Source: Phallusia mammillata
Taxonomy: Eukaryota
Direction: 5' to 3'
NCBI GenBank assembly: GCA_965637545.1
Contig: OZ281501.1
Location: 6,882,001-6,946,000, forward strand
Length of the DNA stretch: 64,000 nt
The notes below the pieces were generated by a model that worked only from the letters and a program-made list of their open reading frames with translations, searched no databases and was not told where the DNA came from. Every line of letters starts with the position of its first letter. Positions within the stretch are counted from its first letter, which is position 1. Made by a program: the position numbers and the translations under genes. Below, piece after piece: positions 1 to 12,000 of this stretch.

Positions 1-120
1 ATATTTTTTGAATAAATTTGAAGCACTCTTTCTTGATCAAACGCGTTTAATAAACTAGCGTTAAACAGAAAAAAAGATTTAAAAACAATACGGATAAAAA
101 CAATATGTGTCTCCTTTAGG
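1..120 (+). repeat. Terminal fragment of the ~150-bp satellite-like repeat also found at 1176-1712
   Basis: aatttgaagcactctttcttga.caaac and acaatatgtgtc.cctt.agg recur at about 1608-1693. Confidence 0.75.
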
Positions 121-1175
121 AACTAGAATGGTGGCTTTCTGATATACTTCCATTTTATATATTCTATGCGATATTTACCAATTTACTATACACCTCATTT
201 GATCTACGCATATGATTGTTTTTGTAAACAAAAACTAATGGGTCCCCAAACGCGCGTTTGTGCGGATTTACGGTAAACAAATGTTGCGGTGATTTTTAAA
301 TTCTTAAGAACAAATTTTTAGAAAGCATTAACCCAACAATAAAAAATTTTGTTTGTATTTTTTTGCAATATTATTGTCGTATAATTACAAAAACAATAAA
401 AAAGAACGAAACAAATACTTTCATTTTAATCTCTTGCTTTGACCCAGATATTGTCGTCCAAGGTCGGGTTTTAAACACATTTTTTTTTCTAGAAAGCTGT
501 AACAGTTGTGTTACAGACACTTTAAATTAAAACGCGATTTGCTGCAAGTTTATACATAACAAATTGTTTTTCATTTAACTTTGTTTCGCGAAACGAGTAC
601 CATTGACCTGTAGTAACCTTTTAGGGTGCACACACCAAATGACTGTTTGACCTTTTGACACCGTTTTCAATAGCACGCCGTCCTTAGTGTTCAACAACAC
701 CGTTTGACCTAATTTATACATGCCTTGACTATTTGATTAAAAAAAAACAAAAAAAACGCTACGTTATGACGAAAGAAAGTTCTGAACTGTGTTAGTAATA
801 CCTACTAATTGACCTTAAGTAACCCGTGGTCATGCAGCGGCCAACCTGACAACGAGCATTTAAAAAAACATTTATCTTGCAAAAAAAGTCAAGTTTATTT
901 TTTCATATTTAGTTTGATTAACAAAGTTTTGCTTGACATATACGAAACCGAAGCACGCCTTTTAGGTTTAAATCACGTCATATGTGTGAAACCTTTGCCA
1001 AAACTGAAAATGCGAGTGATAACTTAATAAAACGACGTAGCATTGCTGTGTAAAACAGCTGATTTCTAATCACCGAAACGACGTCTCGTAAAACGTCTGT
1101 CCGGCGTCAAGCTGAGCCCTCCCGCTCTGCCCTATTATTCGTAAACGTACTCTCTTGGGACTTCTGCCTACAGTG

Positions 1176-1712
1176 TCTTTCTTGACCAAACGAGCGTTAG
1201 ACACATTTACGTTTCGGGGGCCTGTGGGTGTTCCGCTGGGTCATTCGGGGTCAAACTTCTGGAAAATCAAGTTCAGATTAATAACTAACATATGTCCAAA
1301 TTTGAATCAATTTGAAGCACTCTTTCTTCACCAAAACAGCGTTACAAACGAGCGTTTAAAAATTTTACGTTTTGGGGGTCTGTGGGTGAACCGCTGGGTC
1401 ATTCGGGGTCAAATTTCACGGAGACCAAACTCGGATTAATAACTAACATCTGTCCAAATTTGAATAAACTTGAAGCACTCTTTCTTTACCAAACGAGAGT
1501 TAAAAATTTTACGTTTCGGGGGCCTGTGGGTGAACCGCTGGGTAATTTGGGGTCAAACTTCAGGTGGACCAAGTTTGGATTAATATCTAACATATGTCCA
1601 AATTTCAATAAATTTAAAGCACTCTTTCTTGACCAAACGAGCGTTAGACAGAAAAAAGAAATACGGACAAAAACAATATGTGTCCCCTTCAGGGAAGGGG
1701 ACCCATAAAAAA
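1176..1712 (+). repeat. Degenerate tandem repeat, ~3.5 units of 144-158 bp
   Basis: Units start with tttacgtt(t/c)ggggg at 1206, 1364 and 1508. Each has ccgctgggt.att.ggggtcaaa and gaagcactcttt. The overlapping ORFs at 1155-1812 are by-products of the repeat. Confidence 0.85.
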
Positions 1713-1967
1713 TAAGACCCATATATAAAGACCATGGTGCTACATAAACCTGCAACTTACCCCACAGGAAACTCATAAAATAACTTACAAATGTAACACA
1801 GCAAGTTGTCACAAATGTCCTTCTATGACGTCACACTACACCTACCTAATAATTGAAATCATCGTGACTTACAATTTTGCTGCCTTTTTCGGTAAATAAG
1901 AATTGAAAAACGGACGTGTTTTCATATTCTCTGAAAAAATGTTCAGTTTTATACCCTTTTTTCAGAA

Positions 1968-2717
1968 ATGTGGCGCAGAAAACGGAATTTTTATCCGACA
2001 AATGCCCGAACGCTACAAAAGAAGAGGTAATAAGAATCGAAAAACGTTGTGTTTAAGTTTTAAGTAAGATTTTTGTACAACATTCTTTTCGCAGGTATTT
2101 TGACTTGGAACTGATGTCTATCTCATCGTTCCAGGTAAAAGTTTGTTTGCTTTTAACTTTAAATTCTTACGAGAGCATGCCAAGATATCTCAAAGATACA
2201 ATTAATTTTCACATTTTATTTTACAATCCTTTCTACTAAAGATTATTTACGGCAAAAACTTATCTTATGTATCTCCCACAAACAGGCAAAGTGCTATGAG
2301 CGTGAGATGAGCAAAAAACGAAAATTAATTTTTCCTAAACTGCAAAATTCAGGTTTGTTTGTTGTTTCTAACAATTTGCACAGACTTTATTGTAAAATAA
2401 TCAACGTCACATTTTGCTTTGCAGGCACCATTGGAAAAAAATCCAAAAATATGCTAAAATACATCTTCTGCATGGAAGATAAGCACAAAAGGTAAACGAA
2501 AAGCAAAGGTTATATGGGGCAAACCTAGCATAAATTCACAATCACTAAATACCAAGAACGTTTCAAAAGTAAAGATCTAATTTAAATTCCCAAATCTAAA
2601 GGTTACTTTGGTTCTCGTAGGTTGCTTTTTAGTGGGTCAAAAAGCCTGCTGGTTTCTGCAACAACCCGGAATTCGCAGTTGATTTTGCACCAAACATATT
2701 GTGCAACTCCAAACTGA
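1968..2717 (+). CDS. Possible 5-exon small basic protein (~109 aa), unknown function
   Basis: Candidate exons 1968-2026, 2095-2134, 2286-2352, 2425-2491, 2621-2717 joined by GT-AG introns of 68, 151, 72 and 129 nt keep one open frame (MWRRKRNFYPTNARTLQKKRYFDLELMSISSFQAKCYEREMSKKRKLIFPK...YCATPN*). An acceptor precedes the ATG. No family recognised. Confidence 0.4.
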
Positions 2718-2989
2718 AGACCCAGTAAGACCTGTTGCATCTTATATCCAGTCCATAGCAGCGAAGTGGCAACGTTTTGTAGAAGAATTTCACTTGCTCA
2801 AAAACCACCGACAAAAGTTTTTGCAACAAAGATTACAAACAAGACAGGTTGTACTACTTTCGGCCATGTCAGCAGTAAGCCAACAGGCTACACCCGTTCC
2901 AAGGCCTAGAACACAGAAACCATTTTCAAAGAAGCCACTTGATTCTCAAAATGGTGATCTTCATCAAGACAACGATCCAAAACAATGTG

Positions 2990-3725
2990 AAGACGAGTTC
3001 AAAAAACATGCTGTAGAATTAAGCCAGGACACCATTACTTCAGGGATTGCAGAAGTTGCAAAAAGTCTTGAAAAAAGCAACACAGAAAACGAAGACAATG
3101 CTTAAGAATTGGAAAGCAATGTCCTATCAAAATGGCCAGATAAACAGATGATTACAGATTATAAGCTCAAGCAAGGTGGTGCAGAATTAAGCCAGGAGGC
3201 CATTACTTCAGGAATCATTGAAGTTGCAAACAGTCTTAAAGAAAACAACGACACTGCAATATAATTAAAAAGTAATGTCCTGTTGAAATGCCCAGATAAA
3301 CAGACGATGAGTTCAAGAAACATGCTGTAGAATTAAGCCAGAAGGCCATCACTATAGGGATCGAGGAAGTTGCAAACAGTTTTGAAGACAGCAACACAGA
3401 AAACATATTGGAAAGCAATGTCCTATCTAAACTCTCAGATCAACAGATGATTAAAGATTATGAGTTCAAGTAGGGTGCTGTAGAATTAAGCCAGGAAGCC
3501 ATTACTTTAGGGATCACAGAAGTTGCAAACAGTCTTAGAGAAAGCACCACAGAAAACAAAGATAATATATCAGAATTAGAAAATAATGTCCTTTTGAAAT
3601 GAACAGATAATAAGTTCAAGCAATGTGCTGTAGGATTTTAGCCAGGAAGCCATCACTTCAGGGATCATAGAAGTTGCAAATAGTCTTAAAGAAACAACAC
3701 AGAAAATGAAGGCAATGAAATAGAA
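2990..3725 (+). repeat. Five degenerate ~150-bp tandem units with coding-like character
   Basis: g(t/c)agaattaagccag.a..ccattacttcaggg...gaagttgcaaa.agtctt recurs near 3013, 3181, 3327, 3480 and 3630. The first unit lies in ORF 2701-3105 (KHAVELSQDTITSGIAEVAKSLEK). Confidence 0.85.
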
Positions 3726-4595
3726 TTAAGAATCAAGAATCTAGCAAATTTTCCACATGAACAAATTGCCATATCTCCGGAATTCGCGCTTGGTACCGCG
3801 CTGGCGTCACACTAGAAGTCCAATTTCTGGTAACGCGTGAACTTTATGTGAGCACACGTAGTATAGTTACAGTCACGTCAATCATAAGGCTCACGTCAAC
3901 ACGGTTTTCTGTGAAGAAAACATACACTCAAAAATGGGAAACAGTAATTAATTTTATCCCGACGGGAATAAAGCTTACCAGAGTTTTGGACCGGGGTATC
4001 ACAGATATACATAGCTTGACATCATCAGAAAGCATTCTACACATATGCAAAACGAGTATTTTAAATGTACTGCAAATTGTACAGCTTCAATGCAAAATAA
4101 AGCTCACCTTGCAAAGGCAACATTATTCCTTTTCATCAGAGTTATAAATTTAGCATTACCATCTATTAATTACAAACAAATCATATTTAGTTACTTTCGA
4201 TTGCTTTATCCAAAGTTTGCAAGTTCAACTAACAAACTGCACGTGAAACAAACTAAACTCAATAGTATTGAGTCAATACTAAACGGTCAAAGCACAGCAG
4301 AGAGAAAGAAACTACAAGGGTGTTGTTACGTCATAAAGGATTCTGGCATTGTGGCGCAATCACACGACATGAGATGTGGTGTAGGTATGCACAAAGTACA
4401 TATAAAACACTTTGGGTATGCATACAGTTGAGTGATTTACGATGGTGTGTTGCAATCTTCCACACCGAAGGTTTTTCTAAAAGATTAAGTCATAGCAACA
4501 GGTAAAACTGACAGGAAATCTGGAAACCAAAATTACAAAACATACAAACGAGGAGCTGCCTACAATGACCCCAAGTCACCTAGAACAATCCAAAG

Positions 4596-4729
4596 AAGTT
4601 TTAGGAGGAAGCAAGACTGTATTAAGTTTTAGGAGGGAGCAAGACTGTATTAAGTTTTAGGAGGGAGCAAGACTGTATTAAGTTTTAGGAGGGAGCAAGA
4701 CTGTATTAAGTTTTAGGAGGGAGCAAGAC
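4596..4729 (+). repeat. Minisatellite, 28-bp unit x ~4.8
   Basis: aagttttaggagggagcaagactgtatt repeated head to tail with no spacers. Confidence 0.95.
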
Positions 4730-5171
4730 GGTGATAAACAACAAAGAAAAACCACAAGGTTATCACAGTGAAAAACACTTTCTAAAATCCAAATGGTCTA
4801 CACTACAGAATACCTGACATGATTGAAGAGAAAAAGGCAGATAGTGGGGAAAAAAAGAAAACCAAATCCCAAGTCAACTTAAAACGCCCGTCAAAAATAC
4901 AAAATCACCTAAACGCAAGAAACAAAGACGTGGCTGCTTTGGCTGCTGCGTGCAGTAATTGGACGTTACAAGATGCTTTGGTGGGACTAAATATTCTCAA
5001 GCATGGCAACCATGTTATGCAGTAACAGCATACAAGATTATTTTAAGTACAAAAAGGGCGAAAACCTTATCTGCACAGTTATATTGTCGTTGAATTGTTG
5101 CTGTTTATCGCAATTTTATTCTTAAACCTGTATGATATTTTATTCCGCCATTTTCGTATGATTGTTTAACA

Positions 5172-5405
5172 CAGTGGTCGGCAACCGCCGGTCCGCGGCC
5201 CTGTACCGGTCCGCGAGGAGTTCGTTACCGGGCCGTATAATTTTTCTTGTTAAATGCTATAAAACATTTTGCCTACGTATCCCAGCCATGATAAACTAAT
5301 TTAGACGTTTTTATAGCTATATATTTGTAGTTTTTTAAGACCGGTCCGCGAAAAAATTTTAGTTTCAAAACCGGTCCGCAGTGCAAAAAAGGTTGCCGAC
5401 CCCTT
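5172..5405. mobile_element. hAT-like MITE
   Basis: Ends cagtggtcggcaacc / ggttgccgacccctt, internal ccggtccgc repeats. TSD is imperfect. Confidence 0.7.
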
Positions 5406-5597
5406 AAACTTTAACACATTACTACTATAATAAAAATATTTTTGTTACTATTTATTTCTTTGATATGGATACGGTTCAGAAAGATATTTAACTCTACTAT
5501 TATGAATATAGCTGTTTAATTCACAATGTAAATGTTTGAATGAGTTTAAACAGATTTTTTACAACAGCACTCACAGCAGTTCCTTCTAAGTTCTAAC

Positions 5598-6079
5598 TAG
5601 AGATGTACCGAATATTCGGTTTGCCGAATTTATTCGGCCGAATCGGCCACTTTTGCAAAGATTCGGTTTCGGCCGAATAATTTGTTGCGATTCGGCCGAA
5701 ACCGAATCTTTTACGAACACACATTTAAAGCGTTAAGCGTGTCTCTTCTCCTTTGTACCAACGAAAATCCCGTAAATAATTGTATTTTTTGACACATTAT
5801 CGTTTTTCCCACTGCAGACAACTAATCAGTAATTCATTGTTGGGCTGCAAATTATGCTTAAGGCTATGTTAAACCCCACAGAACCAAAATGAGGACGAAA
5901 CACAACCATTCTGCACTAATTGCCTGATAGATAAACTTATGTTTTTATGTCAAAAGCGTAGCCTACCACTTCGCGTGACGTCATAAATGATTCGGTTGAT
6001 TCGGCCGAATTTATTCGGCAAAACCGCCGAATATTCGGTTTCGGCCGAATCGAAATTTAGCCGATTCGGTACATCACTA
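5598..6079. mobile_element. hAT (Ac-like ends) MITE in a KLHL intron
   Basis: 16-bp TIR tagagatgtaccgaat / attcggtacatcacta (1 mismatch), perfect 8-bp TSD GTTCTAAC (5590-5597, 6080-6087), many subterminal attcggccgaat repeats. Confidence 0.92.
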
Positions 6080-6095
6080 GTTCTAACCCACTTAC

Positions 6096-9000
6096 CTAGC
6101 ACAAATATCTTGCCACTGTGTGTCGCTGTTGAGACACAATGGTGAGGAGAAGGAAGGGCCGCTTTCATGGTCCACTGATTCGTGTCAGGGTTGTAGCACT
6201 GAACCTAAAATATAGTAACGCTGTTTTATCAATTTATCTCAAACTTATTGGTCTCGATTTACAATTATTAAATATATTTTGCGAAACACCGTACCATCCA
6301 CTAACACAATACGGTGCCCAATAAAATCATTTTGCAACGGAAGTGTAATGGTTAGAATGCATTTTCGGAACAATATTATCAAAATAAGATTTGAAGTCTT
6401 GTCTACCCGATTATTCCCTAAACATAATGTAAAAAAGTCGCAATCTGTTAAGTAGAAACGAAATGTGAAACCCTTTAATTGAATATTGCGGGTGTGTCCT
6501 GTGGGGTAAGTGAGTAGTTGGAAAAGTAAATGATTGGATAAACAACATTTATAGACGCAGTAAACCACCTGAAACTCTATTGGTCTAAGCGATCTCGTTT
6601 GAAACACAGAAGCGATGTTGCAATTTGATCACATCAAACACAATCCTTTGACCACACCAAACTCGAAACAGCTAACCAACGTTACTATGCCAAAGCCGGC
6701 CTAATTAAACGGGGCCAATGACATTTCAGTGGTCCAACGTCGTCTGTTTACTCCATCGCGGACTGACAGATCACAAAACCAGAACTAGAGCAGTCGTCAA
6801 TTCCCCGCCGTATTGCAAGCAACCTTTCAATACGTACGAGAGACTTACGATCGAAACGAGATAACGAATACGTCACATGAAGCAGCTGCCATCCGGAGTG
6901 ACTGTTAAATGGTGTGCGTGTTTATTGAAATTCGGGTTTGATGTTAAAATAGGCTGCATATAGGAAACAATAGGCTATATGGGGCAACTCAAGAAATTCT
7001 CATACATTATTTATACATAAAGGTATTGATACTGGCGGTTTGTCGTCACTTTTATACCCGTTTATGACAGCTGCTGTTTCCCACGTTTAATACAATTTGA
7101 CACGGCGTCCGTTTTGCTATTAATCACACTCAGCCTCCATGGCATTTTTAGATGTAAGGTTTTAGTTCTTATCAATTTCAGAATAAATTTGGTGCAGCTT
7201 ATATATTTTGGGGGGACCGGCTAATTCGGTATTATGAATTTACGTTCTTTTTAACTGCTGTATTCTGTGAAAACATTTCCAAATAAACTCAAACCAGCCT
7301 GCCCAACGTTTTGAAATACACTATTAAAATAGTGTCGGGCCTTTCAGGACAGATTTGGGCTGGTTTCGAGGTTTAGTTTGTGTACAACGCTTGATTCAGG
7401 TTGTAAAGATATATTTTTGACCTAATTTTATCTTAGTAAATCTAACTTCAAGGCCAAATTAGGGCTTCATTTGCAGAAAATCATGTTTATAGGCCTGGTT
7501 TGGGTTTTGTATTTTCGGGTTCGTGTTCATTTTGGGCCTGCCAACACCTTTACACTCATGTGTTCGGAAACATGCATGAACTTAAGCCTCAAGTAGGATG
7601 CTGACATACTACATTAGACGTTTTGTGAAATCAAAAGTCTAACCCTTACCTTGTTGAAAACACTCGGGTCCTCTCCTCCCCCACCGATGACGTAAAGCTT
7701 CCCGTTACACGTTGCAAGGGCACACGAACTCACAGCCATCAACATCGGTGGAATCTCCAACCAGGAATTGCAGAAACTACATAAAAATCACGTTTTTCTG
7801 GAGCCTGTATACTGGTTGTTGATATAGTACTACAGTAATTTAACATACCTGTCGTAGCGTTCAACGCTCTTAAGCTTGTTTTTTCCATCGTAACCTCCAA
7901 CACTGTACACGTGACCACCCAAGGTCACCATTCGGTGTCGCCATCTGCCTTTGCACATGGGAGCGATTTTCACCCAGTTGTCGAGATGAGACTGTAATGC
8001 ATTATGATAAGTTAAGCGTTAACTCATATTGTATAATGTAAGTGGTGATGACAAATTGACATTTGGTATTGAGAAATCATTACCATGAACCAAATACTAT
8101 TAATATTGAGATGTACAAAAGTTCATATATGCGCGTTTTTTCCATTTAATTTTGAGCGTGATAAAACCAAGTTTTGTAATAAAGAAATGAAAAATGTTTT
8201 TTTTTGCATTTAATGTATTGGCGCATTGCACTCGTTGAGCATCAAGATCTTTCAGTGTACCAAATGTTGGTGACGCTTTTTTGGTAACCGATTGTTTGTT
8301 AAGACTTAACAACCCAATGTGCAGCAGAAAAGACAACACTAACAAATTGCCAAATAATTTTTTGCCTAGACTTAATACGATTATCTACTCCGGAATAAAC
8401 TGCATCTATTAACCCTTTGAGGGTTACTGGTACATATATGTACCACAACTTTGAAGCCTGGTAGAAAATTAATTTGTTGTTCGATCGATATAATTTTCAC
8501 ACAACCTCTCAATTTGGGTTTAATGTTTATATTTCTATGATTTTTTTGCACTTGCCACCTTCAGATCAGCTGTTTTTGTGCCTTAAAGTAGTCCGTTTTC
8601 GTCATTCTCAAGGGCATAGTTGTTTCACTTACTGGTAAGTATACAAAAACATAAAAACAAGTGACTGATAACGTTTTTTATTGTTTATGTGTTGGTTATC
8701 AATAATTACTAGTTTTAAAAAATAAAACCCAAGTAAAAATGTAAAATTTTTGGACATACATGTTATGGTACATATATGTACCACCGTCCATTTGGGGAAA
8801 AAAGTCAAAATTTTCGGTTTTGTTGAAAAATGCTTTTGTTTGTTTTTTAAGTCCAATTAGAACTACAAAACAGCACATTTAAGGTTTTTAGTATTTTTTA
8901 TTTGTATTTTAAGACATTTCAGAACAAAAGTGACTGGAACAAAAAGTTAGTTTTTCCACTGACATATAGCATTGTGGAGGAAATTTTGTTTGCTGATGTT

Positions 9001-12000
9001 AGTGACACTGAAGGTGACCTTGGTTTAGATGCAGAAGATGTTAAGGTTCTACTAAAAGATTCTAAATTGTTGCTGCCAGTTCAATGCTTGATTGTACGGT
9101 AGCAAAAAAGCAAAGTCCTAGTGATTAGAAGAGATCTGTAGCAAGTTGAACTTCAACAACAATGAAAATATGAAACCGAGAAATGATCCAATGTATGATA
9201 GGGCTTTTAAAATTAGGCCAGTACTACAGCATTTTAATTCATCTTTTCTATCAGTCCTATTTTCTTCCGTTGATGAACATGTGATCAAATTTCAAGGGCC
9301 ACAATTCTAGTATTTGCAAGAAAAGATCTAGCAAAGTCAATACAATTGAAAAAATCAACAATAGACAAAGGTGTAAGCTTTGCACATGTCAAAAGATTCA
9401 GAACAGAACCAACAACAAGTATGTCCAGTGTGACACATATTTTTGTTGTACAAAGGATAGGAAATGCTTCAAACTTTATCATGAAAAATAAGTTTCTGTG
9501 CTTGATTTTGTTGTATTTTAAATTTTTGTGACCTGTTACCATTTGCTATCTATGATTTCTTCGTACAAAACTAGCATTTCCTTTTCATCTCTATATTTTT
9601 GTGAAGCTAAGTTTACTGAACTGAAATCCTACACAGGTAATGACAACAACTATTGTTGAAATACCTGCACCATTATTCTACATTTACAAGTTTTCTGGCA
9701 TTTTTGTATGCTGTTGACTAGGTTTTGTTTGTTGTTTTGTATTTACTAATTAAATACATGGAATACAAGTATTTTTAGTAAACAGAGTTTACTTACAGTG
9801 ATCCTTGAATACAGTTTTTACTATAAAAATGGATTTGCACCAAAATTGAAAAAAAAAATTTTTTCAAAAAAAATTCCCCCAAATGGTTGCTGGTACATAT
9901 ATGTACCATGCTCTAAAATAAACAAACTAAGAAATTACAAAATTTTTTTTGGGGGAATACTTTTTTTGACCCATTTTAACTAAGATTTGTTGACTAAATT
10001 AAAAAAAGCAGTGCACAAAAAAGTGTGTCCCTCAAAGGGTTAATACAGCGACTATATAACCAGGATCGCAACATCTGTACTTGGGTATGCAAGGATTTTA
10101 AACGAAATATGTAAAGTATAGGGATATTGATTTTTAAAAAATCGCAGATAAAATGATAACTGATTGATAATTTCAAAAGGGTGTTAATAAGAAAACATTC
10201 AAAAACACCATTTTCCAACCTGATACAGCCAGACATCTCTTGAGTGAATCCTTCCACCGCTGACAATAATGCTGTTCCGGAATGAAGCCACTGCGTATTC
10301 GGACTTGGTAAAGGCCGGAAGCTTGGCCAGTGAACCCCAGTGACCCGTGACGGGGTCAAATGCTTCAACCTGTGGCATGTTGTATCCTCCAACTCGGTCG
10401 TAGCCACCCACTATCACCACTGCTGCGCTGCAACCCGTTGAACGCCGAGGTCTGGTGCGAGCGCTGTTGATTTCGTTGCCTAAAAGAAACAAACGACAGA
10501 AACTTCGATATTTTATACATAGATATTTTGCAACAGGCAACATGGTATTGATTTTTGAGGTATGTGAAGTTGTAAGTGGGGTCTGAGTTTTTGGTCGGGT
10601 TCGAGTTTTGGTATAAGTCAGTGGTTCTCAAAGTATGGGTCGCGACCCAAACATGGGTCGCGCAGGGTCAAAAAATGGGTCGCGCTATGGTGGTTCAATT
10701 CTGTCCAAACGGACTATTACTGCATTAAGTAAACACAAACGAATTTACTTAATGTTGTAGTAGTAAAGTCCCCTCACTCGACCACGTTGCACAGTGAAAT
10801 GAACTAATCATTGCAACATACTAACAATAGCGTTCTGATTTTTGCTGTTACGCACATGGCGATTGTTACGTCATAGAACGGGAAATAAAAGTTAATCATG
10901 CAAAACTGAACGCGGAGATGTACCAGTTAGCGTTTGAGGATGAGTAAGTATTCGTACACAGAAACATTTTTAGATTTGGGGTTCACTTCTATCAATGATC
11001 ATGGTGCTGCAAAGCCACAATATGTGTTGTGTTATGTAGTATTGTCGAATCGAACTCGTTAAACCTGCAGCCATTTTGAAATGGGCAGACTCATATGCGG
11101 CGACAAAGTGGCCTCGAAATTGTTACATTTTTTGATGTTTGAGGCTTGGGTCGTGAGATGTTCATAAAACTCAGATTTGGGTCGCGGTCCAAAAAGTTTG
11201 AGAACCACTGGTATAAGTGATAGGCCCACTAATAGCTATACGCACTTGGACACATTTGAGTCGTACTTTCACCTTAGTAAATGTAATTTTGTGGCTTAGT
11301 TTCACACAAAAACTTCAAGTCGGGTTTCGGGCATTTTCTTTGGGATTCGGGTAAAAGTTTCAGGACCACAAAAACTTCAAGTCGGGTTTCGGGCATTTTC
11401 TTTGGGATTCGGGTAAAAGTTTCAGGACCGCTTACGACTCTGTTTTAAACTTTACAATTTATGTTAGCGTTTACAAGTTATGTTAACAAAATACATTCAC
11501 GGTCGCTAATAATTTGAAAAGGCAACGTTAAGCATTTTAAAACAAAGAGATTGAAAACGTCAAATTTATAACCAAAGAATTACCTAGAATGTGGTATTTT
11601 CTTGTTTCTTGCAGGATAGCCTGACACGCTGGGTTGGTAGAAACTTGCTCGTCACATTCAACAACGTTGACGAAGTAACTCGGGTGGATAAGAGGAACGC
11701 GAACGTACGACAACAATTCCGCAAAATCTTCTGACCTGTCAAAAGCACATACAGATATTCTTTGCGTAAGATGACACTTATTGGAGGTTTTATACGAACG
11801 CGAACAAAACCTCCATGTGATTTGTGAAATCTAAAAGTGAAGAAGCTATATTGCGAAGGGACACTAAAAAAGTGCTGACCATATCTGAAAAGTCACCGTT
11901 TCAAAAGTGCATACTTTCTACAACTTGGGATTTCTGCAACAAGGTTATGACGTCGTGCAATCACCATTGTGACGTAGTACCTCGTCATCAACAGTATTGT

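Noticed and set aside
1155-1812. Three overlapping 94-108 aa ORFs
   Set aside because: They are translations of the ~150-bp tandem repeat on both strands.
2680-2682. In-frame TGA as selenocysteine
   Set aside because: No SECIS-like hairpin or redox motif recognised, and that frame is not reached by the plausible splice chain.
4596-4729. 28-bp repeat as a CRISPR array
   Set aside because: Units are contiguous with no unique spacers, the context is eukaryotic, and no cas genes are present.
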